DNA of 64,000 nucleotides from Octopus sinensis (taxonomy: Eukaryota): positions 55,428,001-55,492,000 of the forward strand of contig NC_043007.1 of the NCBI RefSeq assembly GCF_006345805.1, written 5' to 3'. Positions 51,870-63,937 of the stretch are shown here, piece by piece (position 1 is the first letter of the stretch; every line of letters begins with the position of its first letter). The notes below the pieces were generated by a model. It made no database searches and was not told the DNA's origin. It saw nothing but the letters and a program-made list of their open reading frames with translations. The position numbers were made by a program, and so were the translations under genes.

Positions 51870-53550
51870 GCTGAGAAGAATAGAAAATCATTAATGATCT
51901 CGAAGATGATCAAAATATAGCTATTAAAGAAACTGATAAATGTAGTACTATAGTCATTGAGGACTCGGAATAAACACTACACTAACTCTTCTTCGTGACA
52001 GCACTTATAAAAAAAAGATCAACAATTACCTGTTGTGTCTGGGGAGAGTCATTTTCTTTTTGTGCCTTATAATGTAATTGCTTTGTACCTTAACGATTAC
52101 CAACAGTTCCAAAAAGATTTGGCGGAGAAGAAAAATACTTAACAAGATTTGACTGCAAAACCACTAACTTTTACGAACTTAAGAAAATCCAGAAAAGTGA
52201 AGCCATAAATGAAGCTTGTAGCAGATCAACCTCATGTGCCACATCCCATAGACCTCTAATTGAAACCAATTGTGGCATGCTCGTCCTGTGAAATGGACTC
52301 AGTAACTTTATTGGCGTACTTCTAAAACCAATTCTTAAACATATACCGAGCTTCATATAAGCAAAACCAGCATGGATACTCTTTTTGTGTTATTCTATGT
52401 AATAAATTCTGGCTGGTACAATTTCTAAATGGCATATCTGGACGAATTAGGAAAGGATTTATCATTGAAGCATTAAAGCTCGCCCTACAAAATAACTTTT
52501 TTAATTTCAAAGACAACACCTACAGACAAGTATCTATGATTGCGGTGGAGATGAAGGTAGCTTTGCTAACCTTGTCCTAGTATATTTAGAAGACCAAATA
52601 TACGAATACACCAAACTGAAATTCGGTGATAACTTCTATAAGTACTTACTTGCCAACTGAATACACTACCAGGATGATTCTTTCATTTTGTGGTTGCATA
52701 ATCTGGATCAACTCTTGGAGTTTAAAAACTTAATAACATAAAGCACTGTATCCAATTTACGAAGGAATAAAGCTAAAAGAGCAACCATTTTTTAACATCA
52801 TAATTACAAGAACAGATATTATCATTGAAGCCAACATCTACTTTAAACCAACAAATTCAAAACAATATCTACTATTTTTTTCCTTCCATCCATAGCATAT
52901 AAAAATCTATAATACCTTTTAACCTAGCAAGTAGAATTTGTACAATCGTAACAAATCCCGAAAACCGGAAAAAAACGACTCCAAGAACTTAAGAATGTAT
53001 TGATTTTAAAATTTGGCACAAGGTCACAATGTTGGGGAAGGGGTAGTTTGATTACATCGACCCCCAACGTTCAAACGGTATTTATTTTACCCACTGCGAA
53101 AAGATGAAAGGCAAAGTCGAACTCGGCGGAATTTGAACTCAGAACATAAAGACACACGAAATGCCGCTTAGCATTTTACCATGCATGTAACGATTCTGTC
53201 AGCTCGTAGAAAAATATATTAGTTGAAAATATATTACTTAATAAAAATATATTACTTGAAAGAAAATACCCTATCAGTTTAATCAATAAGGGAATGACAC
53301 GTACAAAATCAATAGGCATCCAAAAATTACGAGAAACAAGAAAACATCCTGATACACTTAACACATTACCTTATGTATCAAACACAATCCATGGAACATG
53401 GATGGATATCCGTATTAATGAACGACCTGTGAATGAAAAAGCACTGGAAAAACAACATTGCTAAATGTAAAAGAAACCCAAGTCTCTAAAACGGTTACTT
53501 ACTAGCATCAAATTACCCATCAAAAACAAACATTCAGCTTACCAAGACAA
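51870..53550 (+). pseudogene. Penelope-like element reverse transcriptase, heavily decayed, interrupted by a SINE
   Basis: IKETDKCSTIVI (ADKG box), KPILKHIPSFI, LQNNFFNFKDNTYRQ, FANLVLVYLE, YQDDSFILW, IYFKPTNSKQYL, IPFNLASRICTIV. Confidence 0.85.
53003..53210 (-). mobile_element. SINE family B copy inside the Penelope RT
   Basis: tttggcacaagg...gatgaaaggcaaagtcgaactcggcggaatttgaactcagaac. Confidence 0.8.
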
Positions 53551-54074
53551 GTGACTTCTTAAGTGAATCAGCCAACCGGAAAACTGGATGACCGTCAGAC
53601 AAAACCAGGTTACCAAGACTTGTAACTGCCAAATGACATATGCAGAAAACCAGTCAACCAAATAAAGAAATAAGAAAACCAGTCAACCAGAGTACTGGAT
53701 CTCGACTGGTCAAAAACACACGATCAATACAGTCGATAACCAAATGACGTTATGAGGAAGTCAACTAAGCAGAACGCTGGACTACTGCCAAAATTAAAAT
53801 ATTTGACCAGAACATATGAAAAACAAGAGACATATTGAAGCCGGAATAAAATGAGGAATGTCATCAAATTAATAACCAATCAGAACTTAAACCTATAACT
53901 TAAAAATCTATATCTACAAAACGACTTCAGCTTAAAACATTCCAAGCTCGCACTGTCAAAGCCCACGACAAAGAATCCTCCTTCATGCACTACGACAGAA
54001 CTTGTAAAAAAATCATTTTTCTATCTTTTTTTTTTCTTATCTTACTCATTTAAAACTTCATTGTATCTAATTGG

Positions 54075-54300
54075 GATATTTTCAATCTCAGTTACAAACT
54101 TTTAAATTATTTTTTTCAAACTAAACTGTTTGAAACTTCGGATACTGGTTGAATGTGTCACGTAGAACACGGTTTAGTCTTAACGTTTTTTGACGTAATT
54201 TTGTATTTTAGAAGTTATTTCGTGTTAAAGTTGTCGTATTTGGGTAATTTTTAACCAGTCAATGACATGTATTCAGCTGAAGAATGTTACTGCTCTTTTA
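54075..54300. mobile_element. Older partial arm of the MITE family at 54790-55710
   Basis: aaacttcggatactggttgaatgtgtca...gttatttcgtgttaaagttgtcg...tattcagctgaa matches the left arm. Confidence 0.7.
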
Positions 54301-54789
54301 CGAAAGTAATGGAAGAGCAACATCCGGGTCATCGGGTCAACTGTTTTGGAAAGCTGCATACATATATATATATACGTAAATACACAGACACATGTATACG
54401 TATAGACACACACATACACATGCAACTTTTAGAACGCTGAGGAAAGGAAAGGGAGGTAAATGTTAGGAATTCATAGCTTTAAGGAGGGAGGGGGATTGTG
54501 AAGTTGACAACAGTTATTTATGCAGCGTTTCTGCTGTCCATCACACACACACACACATACACACACTCATGTAAAGCTGATAAAACCCCGAATGGAAGCA
54601 AGGAAAAGGAGAGGGTTTAATAAATGAATATGCAGTAGTAGGGGATTGGTAAGTTTGTATAAGCTGTCGTTCAGATCGTCAACACACCACCACTCTCTCC
54701 ATTTCTCTCTCTCTCTCTCCCCCCCCCTCTCTCTCTACGATTTGCTGGAAATAACAGCCAAATCTCTATCAATGTCACACGCTAATGAT

Positions 54790-55710
54790 AGGATCTTTTC
54801 CTTTTGAACAGCAGATCGAGAAATTTATTTTTTGTAATTAAACACTTTCAAACTTCGGACACTGGTAGAATGTGTCATATAAAACATATTTTACTCTTTG
54901 TGGTGTTGAGAAAAGTTTATATTTTCAAAGTTATTTCGTTTTAAAGTTGTCGCATTTCGGTAATTTCAACCAATCAATGAGGTGTATTCAGCTGAATAAA
55001 ATTACTACTGTTGTTTGTCAACAACAATTATCAGCGGTGTATATTTCGTTAGTCACTGTTATTCATGACATATTTCATCTCAGTTACGTTTGTATGAATA
55101 AACGAGTGTATCTGAAGCATGTTTACTTCATGGCACTACCATAATCGTTCGTGCATTTCTACTGCTTTTAGTTTTTTTCTTGTTTTTCAGCTACTATTTT
55201 CGGAAAGAATCCCCCCTCCCCCTTAAAATTTCTTCATTTTTCACTTTTCCCGTAACTCTAACCCTAAAATCCCAACCTTAACTCTAAAACCCCAACCCTA
55301 ACCCTAACCCTAACTCTAAAACGCTAACCTTAACCCTAAAACCGTAACCCTAACCCTAAAACCTTAGCCTTAAAACCTTAACCTAACCCTAAACCCCTAA
55401 AGCTAAAACCAGTACAAACGCACGAACGGCGTCATAAATAACAGTGACAAACAAAATATACACCGCCGATAGTTGTTGTTGACAAACGTCGGCAGTAATT
55501 TTATTTAGCTGAATACACGTCATTGATTGGTTGAAATTACCGAAACACAACAACTTTAACACGAAATAACTTTGAAAATATAAACTTTTCTCCACAACAC
55601 AAAGAGTAAAAGATGTTTTACATGACACATTCTACCAATGTCCGAAGTTTGAAAGTGTTTAATTACAAAAAATAAATTTCTCGATCTGCCTTTCAAAGGG
55701 AAAAGATCCC
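54790..55710. mobile_element. Fold-back MITE with ~300-bp TIRs and an internal (CCCTAA)-like tract (55250-55405)
   Basis: ggatcttttccttttgaacagcagatcgagaaattt... / ...aaatttctcgatctgcctttcaaagggaaaagatccc. ORFs 54872(+) and 55389(-) mirror each other. Confidence 0.9.
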
Positions 55711-56134
55711 ATCATAAGAATTTTTATAAACTTTAGAGTTAGTGAAATGTTTTTCGGAATATTGTATCTCGAAGCACACATAAAAGTGTAAATAGTAGCA
55801 TATAAATATTGGGTTGAAAAACCCTGCTTGGATTTCGACTTTTTCTACCAGAAGGGGATTTTCAGCCCAATATTTACATGCTATTATTTATATATAATAC
55901 CGCCTAAGTCTAATTCTTCAGAGATATCATCCTACGATATTCTTGTATTCAGTACCAGATTACTATTTGCTCAAAATATCTTAGGAGAGTTATTTTACTT
56001 TGAAGAATCTATGCAGCTGTAATTTTAAGTGTGTTTATAAGCGAGTTTGTTGCTGTGTATTTAACTATCGTTGATCAACGTTACCAAACTTGTCGCAAGT
56101 AGAACTAATTTCACGTTTCTAAAGATATTCATTC

Positions 56135-56165
<31 letters not shown>

Positions 56166-56819
56166 TGTATGTATGTATGTATGTATGTATGTATGTATGT
56201 AGGTATGTATGTATGTATGTATGTATGTATGTATGTATGTATGTATGTGTGTATGTATGTATCTGCATGTAAATATATATATGCACATACTTACATATAT
56301 AAATTTATATATATATATAAACGTGTATATATATATAAGTATATGCATATTTAGTTTTTGATGTGTGTATGTATATATATATATATATATACATACATAT
56401 ATATGAGTGTATGTGTGTGTGTCTGTGCATGCGTGTATGCATGCGTGTGTGTGTGTGTGTACATATATACACATATATATTCATATACACAGACAAGGCA
56501 CTGGAGGGAAAGAAAGTAGAAACGCTTTGAAATAAAAGATTGAAAAAGTTGAAGTCAGATATTTTTCATAACAGCAAGACATTAATAAAATAAATCCCTG
56601 TGAAAGTAACTAACCCGAGGAAACTGTTTGAATTGTTTTATTATAATATACTGCCATTCTTTTTTTAAGATGAGTTTCTAAGCAACTTTATTAAAAGAAC
56701 ATTCACAAATACAAGGCAAATAAGTACAACAGTAACGATAATGACGACAGCATTAATATTCCTGATTCTTATTTTTATGAGTTTTTCTGACTACAAGAGA
56801 AAGCTTCTTTTACGCTGAT

Positions 56820-56906
56820 TTTTCTTCTTCTTCTTCTTCTTCTTCTTTTTCTTCTTCTTCTTCTTCTTCTTCTTCTTCTTCTTCTTCTTCTTCTTCTTCT
56901 TCTTCT

Positions 56907-56939
<33 letters not shown>

Positions 56940-56940
56940 C
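56820..56940. repeat. (CTT)n microsatellite
   Basis: Direct reading. Confidence 0.98.
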
Positions 56941-57707
56941 CTCCCAAACAACTACATCACTTTTGGTCTGCCATGTCATACTAGGATTGCAGGCAATAAG
57001 AAAGCAAAGTAATTTTATCTTTATACAAAAAACTCCAAACGAAGCAATTTTAATATCCTTGATTTTCTTTTGTATTCCATATTTCATCTCGTTTGAAATT
57101 ATAGTATGTTTTCAAATGCGTTTATGTATGCTTATCCGAAGATTCAGTAGTTCTCTGCTTTTTCCACCTTCCTCAGCCAAATCTGCTAGCCTTGAATATC
57201 GCTAAATTCAGTATCTCTACTTATAGCCTTAGAGCAAGTATGAAATTTGTTTTTATGATGTAAATAAACTTGTTTAGCTTGTCGAAGACAATATAGTAAA
57301 TTTTAAATTAATTAATGACATATTGTAATAAATATTAAGTTATTGGCGTGTATAAATAAACCTAACAGTAAAAAGTATGTTGGTGGAATTTGACAATGTT
57401 ATCTAATATTTTAGGCCAGCTAAAAGCAAGAATATTTGATATTCTTCAGACGATACTTCGGATAGGTCTTAATCTTCCTTCCAAATAAGAGAAGCAAACA
57501 GGGATGTATGCTAAATATTTGTACATATGATCTCAAACTAAAGATGACTGTGGCAAAATTAAAGTTAATTATGAAGAATTATGTAACGACCATATCAAAA
57601 TAGAGCTTTTCTTTTTCAAAATATAGCATGAGCAGATATCAGCACGCAGATAGTTTCAGTTGGACAATGTGAGAATAGTTAACAAGTAACAAATGTCACG
57701 AGAATAA

Positions 57708-57802
<95 letters not shown>

Positions 57803-58138
57803 TAAGCATAATTTAGTAAGTGTTATTTAAATATAACACGCGTGCTGTTGGTGTTTCAACATATTTGTTATATAATTAATCTTTAAACATAGCTGACATG
57901 CTGTTATCGTTTAAACATATCTGATATACTGTTGGTGAATGTTGGTGTTTAAATAAAACTGACATAGGCGCAGGAGTAGCAGTGTTGTAAGTAGCCTGCT
58001 TACCAACCACTTGGCTCCGGGTTCAGTCCTACTGCATGTCACCTTGGGCAAGTGTCTTCTACTATAGCCTCGGGCCGACCAAAGCCTTGTGAGTGGATTT
58101 GGTCGACGGAAACTGAAAGAAGCCCGACGTATACATAC

Positions 58139-58187
<49 letters not shown>

Positions 58188-58311
58188 CAGCCGAAATTGC
58201 GAAGATGATCTGGTTCTTGACTGAAGATTGAAGGCTTCGAATGTCCCGTCCGTGTTTTTTGTATCGTCTTCTAAATGTTTCACGTTCTTGTCCCAGTTTG
58301 TATTTTTTTAC

Positions 58312-58373
<62 letters not shown>

Positions 58374-58375
<2 letters not shown>

Positions 58376-59043
58376 GTTTTTATTTCTCCTTTGATTTCAG
58401 AATTACAACTATTTAGCGGTTTGAGTTTGACTGCTCTTTCTAGTGGGTCGAATGGCCTATCAGGGCCATTCCTTAATATTGTTGAATTTATATATATATA
58501 GTCTGTGACTATTTCTCTTTCTCACTAGACCGCTAGTGGCGAAAAATTTTTCTTGAATTTTTGCTACCCTTATATTGATTAATTGATGACTTTTTGACTA
58601 ATTTTGAAATTATATCAGCAGTTTATATTTGCTGCTGAGAAAATAGCGCGGTGACGGTGGATTTTGAAAATTTAGAGTATATAGACTCGAGGCGTCGCTG
58701 GTGTCGCCTCGTGGATATATATTTTCCTTGGCTTCTTTGCTGACGAGACAGGCCAGATGTAAACAAATTTAATTTAATTTAATTAAATGGGTTTACCAAA
58801 GTGTCGAAACTATGCATAGTCCAAAGATGATAAGGGTAAATGTTTTTACTTCTCCTTTGATTTCAGAATTACAACTATTTAGCGGTTTGAGTTTGACTGC
58901 TCTTTCTAGTGGGTCGAATGGCCTATCAAGGCCATTCCTTAATATTGTTGAATTTATATATATATAGTCTGTGACTATTTCTCTTTCTCACTAGACCGCT
59001 GGTGGCGAAGAATTTTTCTTGAATTTTTGCTACCCTTATATTG

Positions 59044-59046
<3 letters not shown>
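58374..59046 (+). mobile_element. 1.44-copy tandem of a 466-nt HHR-containing unit embedded in (TA)n
   Basis: 58374-58580 is repeated at 58840-59046, near-identical. (TA)n lies on both sides. Confidence 0.9.
58734..58827 (+). ncRNA. Type I hammerhead ribozyme
   Basis: Stem I TCTTTG/CAAAGA; core CTGACGA (58740-58746); stem II GACA...TGTC with a long AT-rich extension; GAAA; palindromic stem III ACTATGCATAGT; GUC site, cleavage predicted after 58821. Confidence 0.92.
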
Positions 59047-59086
<40 letters not shown>

Positions 59087-60052
59087 GTGTATTTGTCCCT
59101 CCACCATCGCTTGACAACCGATGGTGTGTTTACGTCCCTGTAACTTAGCGGTTCGGCAAAAGATACCGATAGAATAAGTACTAGGCATACAAAGACTAAG
59201 TCCTGGGGTCGATTTGTTCGACTAAAGGCGGTGTTCCAGCCTGGCCGCAGTCAAATAAAAGAATTTAAAAAATAAGGTTGGCGTTTAGATATAACTCATA
59301 CACTGTTGGTTATTATGTTGAAACATCTTGCTGTTGTAGGTGAAATATAAGAACAGTATATATTTCAGTTATGTAGTTATTGTTAGATATTTAAGAATAT
59401 TGATTTCAAGTATTTGTACAAATTCATAAGTAATTTTTTGAGGTGGTAAAGAGAAGTTAAAACTGATTAATTCAATCTAGTATTAGACTGGTACATTATT
59501 GTAATTATTCGGGCAAAATGAGACACTGTCTTCCATCTTGCCTGAGTAGTTTAAATAATGTACATATTCTTTTTCATGACTAAACCATTAGAAGAAAAAA
59601 CGAATTGATTTGTTTAAGAAGCAAAATATTGCACATACAGTTCATTACTCAATGTTTCGTATAAATGCCACTTTTAATGCTTGATGTAAGCTAACCCTCA
59701 GTGAGCCTTAGATTTTTTAGCGTATTGTCCAGTAATTTCAATTAAAATTGCAGAGAAACGTCACTAAAGCTCTGATTTAAGACTTGTTAGTTGCTTATTA
59801 AAGGAGCTCTATACAATCACTTTACTGCCAAGCTAAATCACTCTCGAATCCTACTCTACTCGTTTCAAAATGGATACATTGGATTTTGGACAATGTGCTG
59901 TAAGATACATTGTGCTTAAAAATTGACGGTATGATCTTCAGTGAGAGGCTTTTGATTAAATATGCACTGGGTCAGAGATAACCTAGAGTTAAACTACATC
60001 GACGACGTGAGATTTTGAAAAGTATTTCCCGTCTTCAGCAATAACGTCTTCA

Positions 60053-60822
60053 ACATACATCTTTCACTTTCTCCTCTCTTTCTCTTTAAAACAAAAGTAA
60101 ATAAATAAACATTTTCTACGGAAATTAACGAAAAAAATCAGCCTATTCATTTTGGCATTTTTAAAGGTCCAACCCAAAGAATGCCGATAGTTTAAACTTC
60201 TTAAACTTCTTAAAGAAGTTATTGCTGCTACTAGAGGTATATAAGTAGACAGACTGAGAGATAAACAGATGAAGAGAAAAAGAGAAAGAAAGAGAGATGT
60301 GGAGAGGGAGAAAGAGGAGAAAAAGAGAGATAGGGGAGGGGAAGGAGAAAGGGAAGAAGAGAAAGAGAAAAGTTTTACTCAGTGATGGATTATAACGACA
60401 ACTCATTCACAGCGCAGACCATTGCTTTATAGTACTGTAATCCACCAGGCATATCTGTTTGTTATGCAAAGAAAAGTTCCATAAGAAATACCAGCAGAAA
60501 GACCGCCCACCGAGCGGTATCCAGCTAGTCAAACCTGGAGTGTGTGAGAGAGAGAGAGAGGGAGAGAGAGAAAGAGAGGGAGGGAGAGAGAGAGAGAGGG
60601 AGAGAGAGAGAGAGAACATTGCAAACAGTTAATGAAATAAACATGAAATGAAAAAATCGTATAAATAAAAGCTCGTAAAAAAACTATCGGCATTCTTTGG
60701 GTTGGACCTTCAAAAATGCCAAAATGAACAGGCTGGATTCGTTTCGTTAATTTCCGTAGAAAATGTTTATTTACTTACTTATGTGTTAAAGTGAAAGAGA
60801 GGAGAAAGCGAAAGATGTATGT
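60053..60822. repeat. 141-bp inverted repeat (60053-60193 / 60681-60822) around a ~490-bp spacer
   Basis: Manual alignment gives 9 substitutions and 1 indel over ~141 bp. Confidence 0.95.
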
Positions 60823-61249
60823 ACGTGTATACGAAATGGATGCGCGCGCGCGTGTGTGTGCGCGCGTGTGTGTGCGCGCGTGTGTGTGTGTGTGTGTGTG
60901 CGTGGGTGTGCATGTCTGTGTGAGAGAGAGACAGAGAGTGAGTGAGTGCTATTTAGACATCACTCACTCTCTGTCTCACACACATAGTTTTATATCGTCG
61001 AACAAACGTTGGATATATATATATGATTAACGATGCGGAGGTAAAAACAATGCGTTCACACGACGTACTCGCGAGACTCCAGAACGTCCTTTCAAACGAC
61101 TCCTATCGACCTGTTGTTTGAATCAATACGCTAGTTTTTATAAGAATTCGGCTGGTATATTCTTCCGATCCCCCAGGGGTGTCAATGACTCTCATCACAT
61201 CTCTCCCTTAGAGATTGACTTCCGTTGGAAGTTAATGCTATTATTTTTA

Positions 61250-61675
61250 TTTACTCTTTTTTACTCTTTTACTCTTTTATTTGTTTCAGTCATTTGACTG
61301 CGGCCATGCTAGAGCACCGCCTTTAGTCGAGCAAATCGACCCCGGGGCTTATTCTTTGTAAGCCCAGTACTTATTCTATCGGTCTGTTTTGCCGAACCGC
61401 TAAGTTACGGGGACGTAAACACACCAGCATCGGTTGTCAAGCAATGCTAGGGAGACCAACACAGACACACAAACACATACACACACACACATATATATAT
61501 ATGCATATATACGACAGGCTTCTTTCAGTTTCCGTCTACCAAATCCACTCACAAGGCATTGGTCGGCCCGGGGCTATAGCAGAAGACACTTGCCCAAGAT
61601 GCCACGCAGTTGGACTGAACCCGGAACCATGTGGTTGGTTAGCAAGCTACTTACCACACAGCCACTCCTGCGCCT
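61250..61675 (-). mobile_element. Full-length, well-preserved SINE family A copy
   Basis: Head aggcgcaggagtggctgtgtggtaag...ggttcagtcc, internal microsatellite, tail ending in (aaaagagt)n. Confidence 0.9.
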
Positions 61676-61734
61676 TTATTTATCTTTCTTTCATTTTTCT
61701 TTTATTTTCCTCATAGCGAATTTTAATATTTCTT

Positions 61735-63230
61735 CCGTTTAGGCACTACTTTCAACCATTCTGTTTGTTTCCTCTATCTTGTGCTGCTACGCCTAGGTTT
61801 GATTTCTTGTGGCGCTGGAACATCAAAGATGTCCATGGATATGTCTTTTCTTTTTCCAGCATATCTATTTTTTAGCTGGTTTAAACATCTTTTGTGTTCC
61901 CATTGTTCGCCTCTTATCATCTATGTCACTTTTTCTATTCTTTCTCTTACTACTCCGTCTTCCCAACCTTGTCTTCCATTTTTCTATATTTTGAAACACA
62001 CCTTGTCACCGATATCAAAATGCAATTTTTTCCAGAAACACCTCGCGCAATTTTCGAAGTTTCCTTCTAGGTTTCCCTATTTTTCTTCATGTATCTGTAT
62101 TAATTATGGTGATATCACTGCAGTTGTAATTTGATATTCACATTATTCCTTTTTATGGACGCAAATTTTCTTTCCTGAGCCTCGCTTAGGATTTTGTTAA
62201 CAATACATTCTTTCTAGATTTTTCTTTGTTTGATCCTTTTTTCTGTTTTGCTATACAATGCGAGCTTTTATGTCCACCTTTTCCACACTCAAAACATTTA
62301 CGACTTTTAAAAGGAGAATTACTTCTAAAATGTAAACCTCCGCACGCATAGCATGGATTTGGTCTTGACGTTCGTTTTTCTTTTTTCTGAACGAGTATTG
62401 AACAGGAAATTTCTTTCACCGAAAATTCTCGAAACAAATCTCATCTGGTTTCTTCGGCAGAATATAATTACAGTATTTTTCGTGTTCGGCAGGGGATAAC
62501 TTTCTTAAAAGTAGTTGCAGCTTCTTCTCGTCATTCCAATGTTTACATTCTTCTTTGAAGATTTCTTCATATCTTCTAAATCATGCATAAAAGTAGTACC
62601 TTCTGGGTTATAAATAAATTCTCTAATTGAGTTTGGTACGCCGTCAAGTATTTTCAGACTTCTTCAACATTAATTCCAGTAACTGTTGGTATTGTTGTGT
62701 ACTCGTTGTTGTAACTGCTGTTGTTATAGTTGCAACTGCACCACGCAAGCCAATAAGTCTTCCATGTTAATGATTTTTTTCTTTGATTTCATACCCCCCC
62801 CCCCCAAAAAAAAATTGTTAACGTCCGAAGCAAGCTTCGAATATCTCGTCGCCACTTTTGCATCCTTGACATCTCGCTGCCAGATATTGTAACGTAATTG
62901 TTGCCCAACACTTAGGTAGTATTGTTCGTTGCACACAGCACTCTTGATTTTCGTTGTACTAAGCACTCTTGTTAGCAGTCTTCTTTTTCGCTCGCGATAT
63001 TTTAACCCAAGAAGACATTTCCACTAGCTGCTTAAAAACTGCACGGCAACATCCGATATATTGTGAGCAGGGGAATCGAATCCCTCCAACATTCTAGCGA
63101 CGGGATCAACACACAATAATTCGAACAACTACCATTACGGCAACTTACAACTTACAGCTTCGGCAACTTACAGCTTCAGTTAGTTCATTCTTCCAATCCC
63201 CCAAGGGTATCAATAACACACGCCACAACA
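61735..63230 (-). mobile_element. Internally deleted Gypsy (Mag-like) element: putative 5' LTR (~62859-63230), PBS, gag with two zinc knuckles, integrase C-terminus
   Basis: PBS TGGCGACGAG (minus of 62845-62854) is complementary to the tRNA-Ser(GCU) 3' end. CYACGGLH...CFECGKGGHKSSHC; FDIGDKV..GWEDGVV..EHKRCLNQLK. Confidence 0.8.
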
Positions 63231-63934
63231 CGTACACGTTCGCATACATACGAAAAAGATGTATTCATAGATATTATGTATGTACGTATACATGAAAACG
63301 AAAACACACCCCTTCACTCACTCTGTCTGTCTGTCTCTTTCACACACACATACACAAACACACACACACACACATCCATAAATATATACAAACGTACATA
63401 CAGAATCATACATGTGCGTGTGTGACTGATTACAAAGATATAGAGGGGAACACAGCGTGCAAAAATTAAATTAATAAACATTTTCTTACAGAATTTAACG
63501 AAATGTGCGAAAGAATGCCAAACTGGCAAAAGAATGCCCAGCTAGCTGGTACTGAATATTTAAATTTGTGAACTTGAAATATTCAATAATAAAAGGAAGT
63601 TCAGGAAGTAAATTTTCCTGAAAACTTCAATTTATAAAAAATCTCACTTGTTTAGTATATATTTCTTTCAGTAATTTATCGTAGTTGTAATATATCTGTA
63701 ATTTAAAGAAACGTGAAGGTAAGCCTAGCTAGAAATAGCAGCGGTCACATAATTATTATTGTAAGGCTTATAGCGTTCCAAACAGCCATACCAACAAAAT
63801 CACTTCTTAATTATACTGTCATGGAAGTCTCAAATTTATACAGCTATTTTGTCTAATAGCATTCATTCATTCAATAAATATTCTTTTTTTACATTGCGTA
63901 TATAGAATAAAGTGCGGATTAATGAAAATAGAGG

Positions 63935-63937
<3 letters not shown>

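Larger units (their letters stand above)
57966..59270 (+). mobile_element. SINE family A copy split by two nested insertions (head 57966-58130, tail ~59080-59270)
   Basis: Head aggcgcaggagt...gaagcccgacg and tail cttgacaaccgatgg...ggccgcagtcaaat are colinear with the intact copy at 61250-61675. Confidence 0.85.

Noticed and set aside
54872-55628. Two similar ORFs on opposite strands suggesting duplicated genes
   Set aside because: They are the mirrored TIRs of the MITE.
56791-57087. Poly-Lys ORF
   Set aside because: It is the (CTT)n microsatellite read on the minus strand.
60150-60190. Hairpin inside the inverted-repeat arm as a pre-miRNA
   Set aside because: At ~37 nt it is too short for a canonical precursor, and I recognise no known mature sequence.
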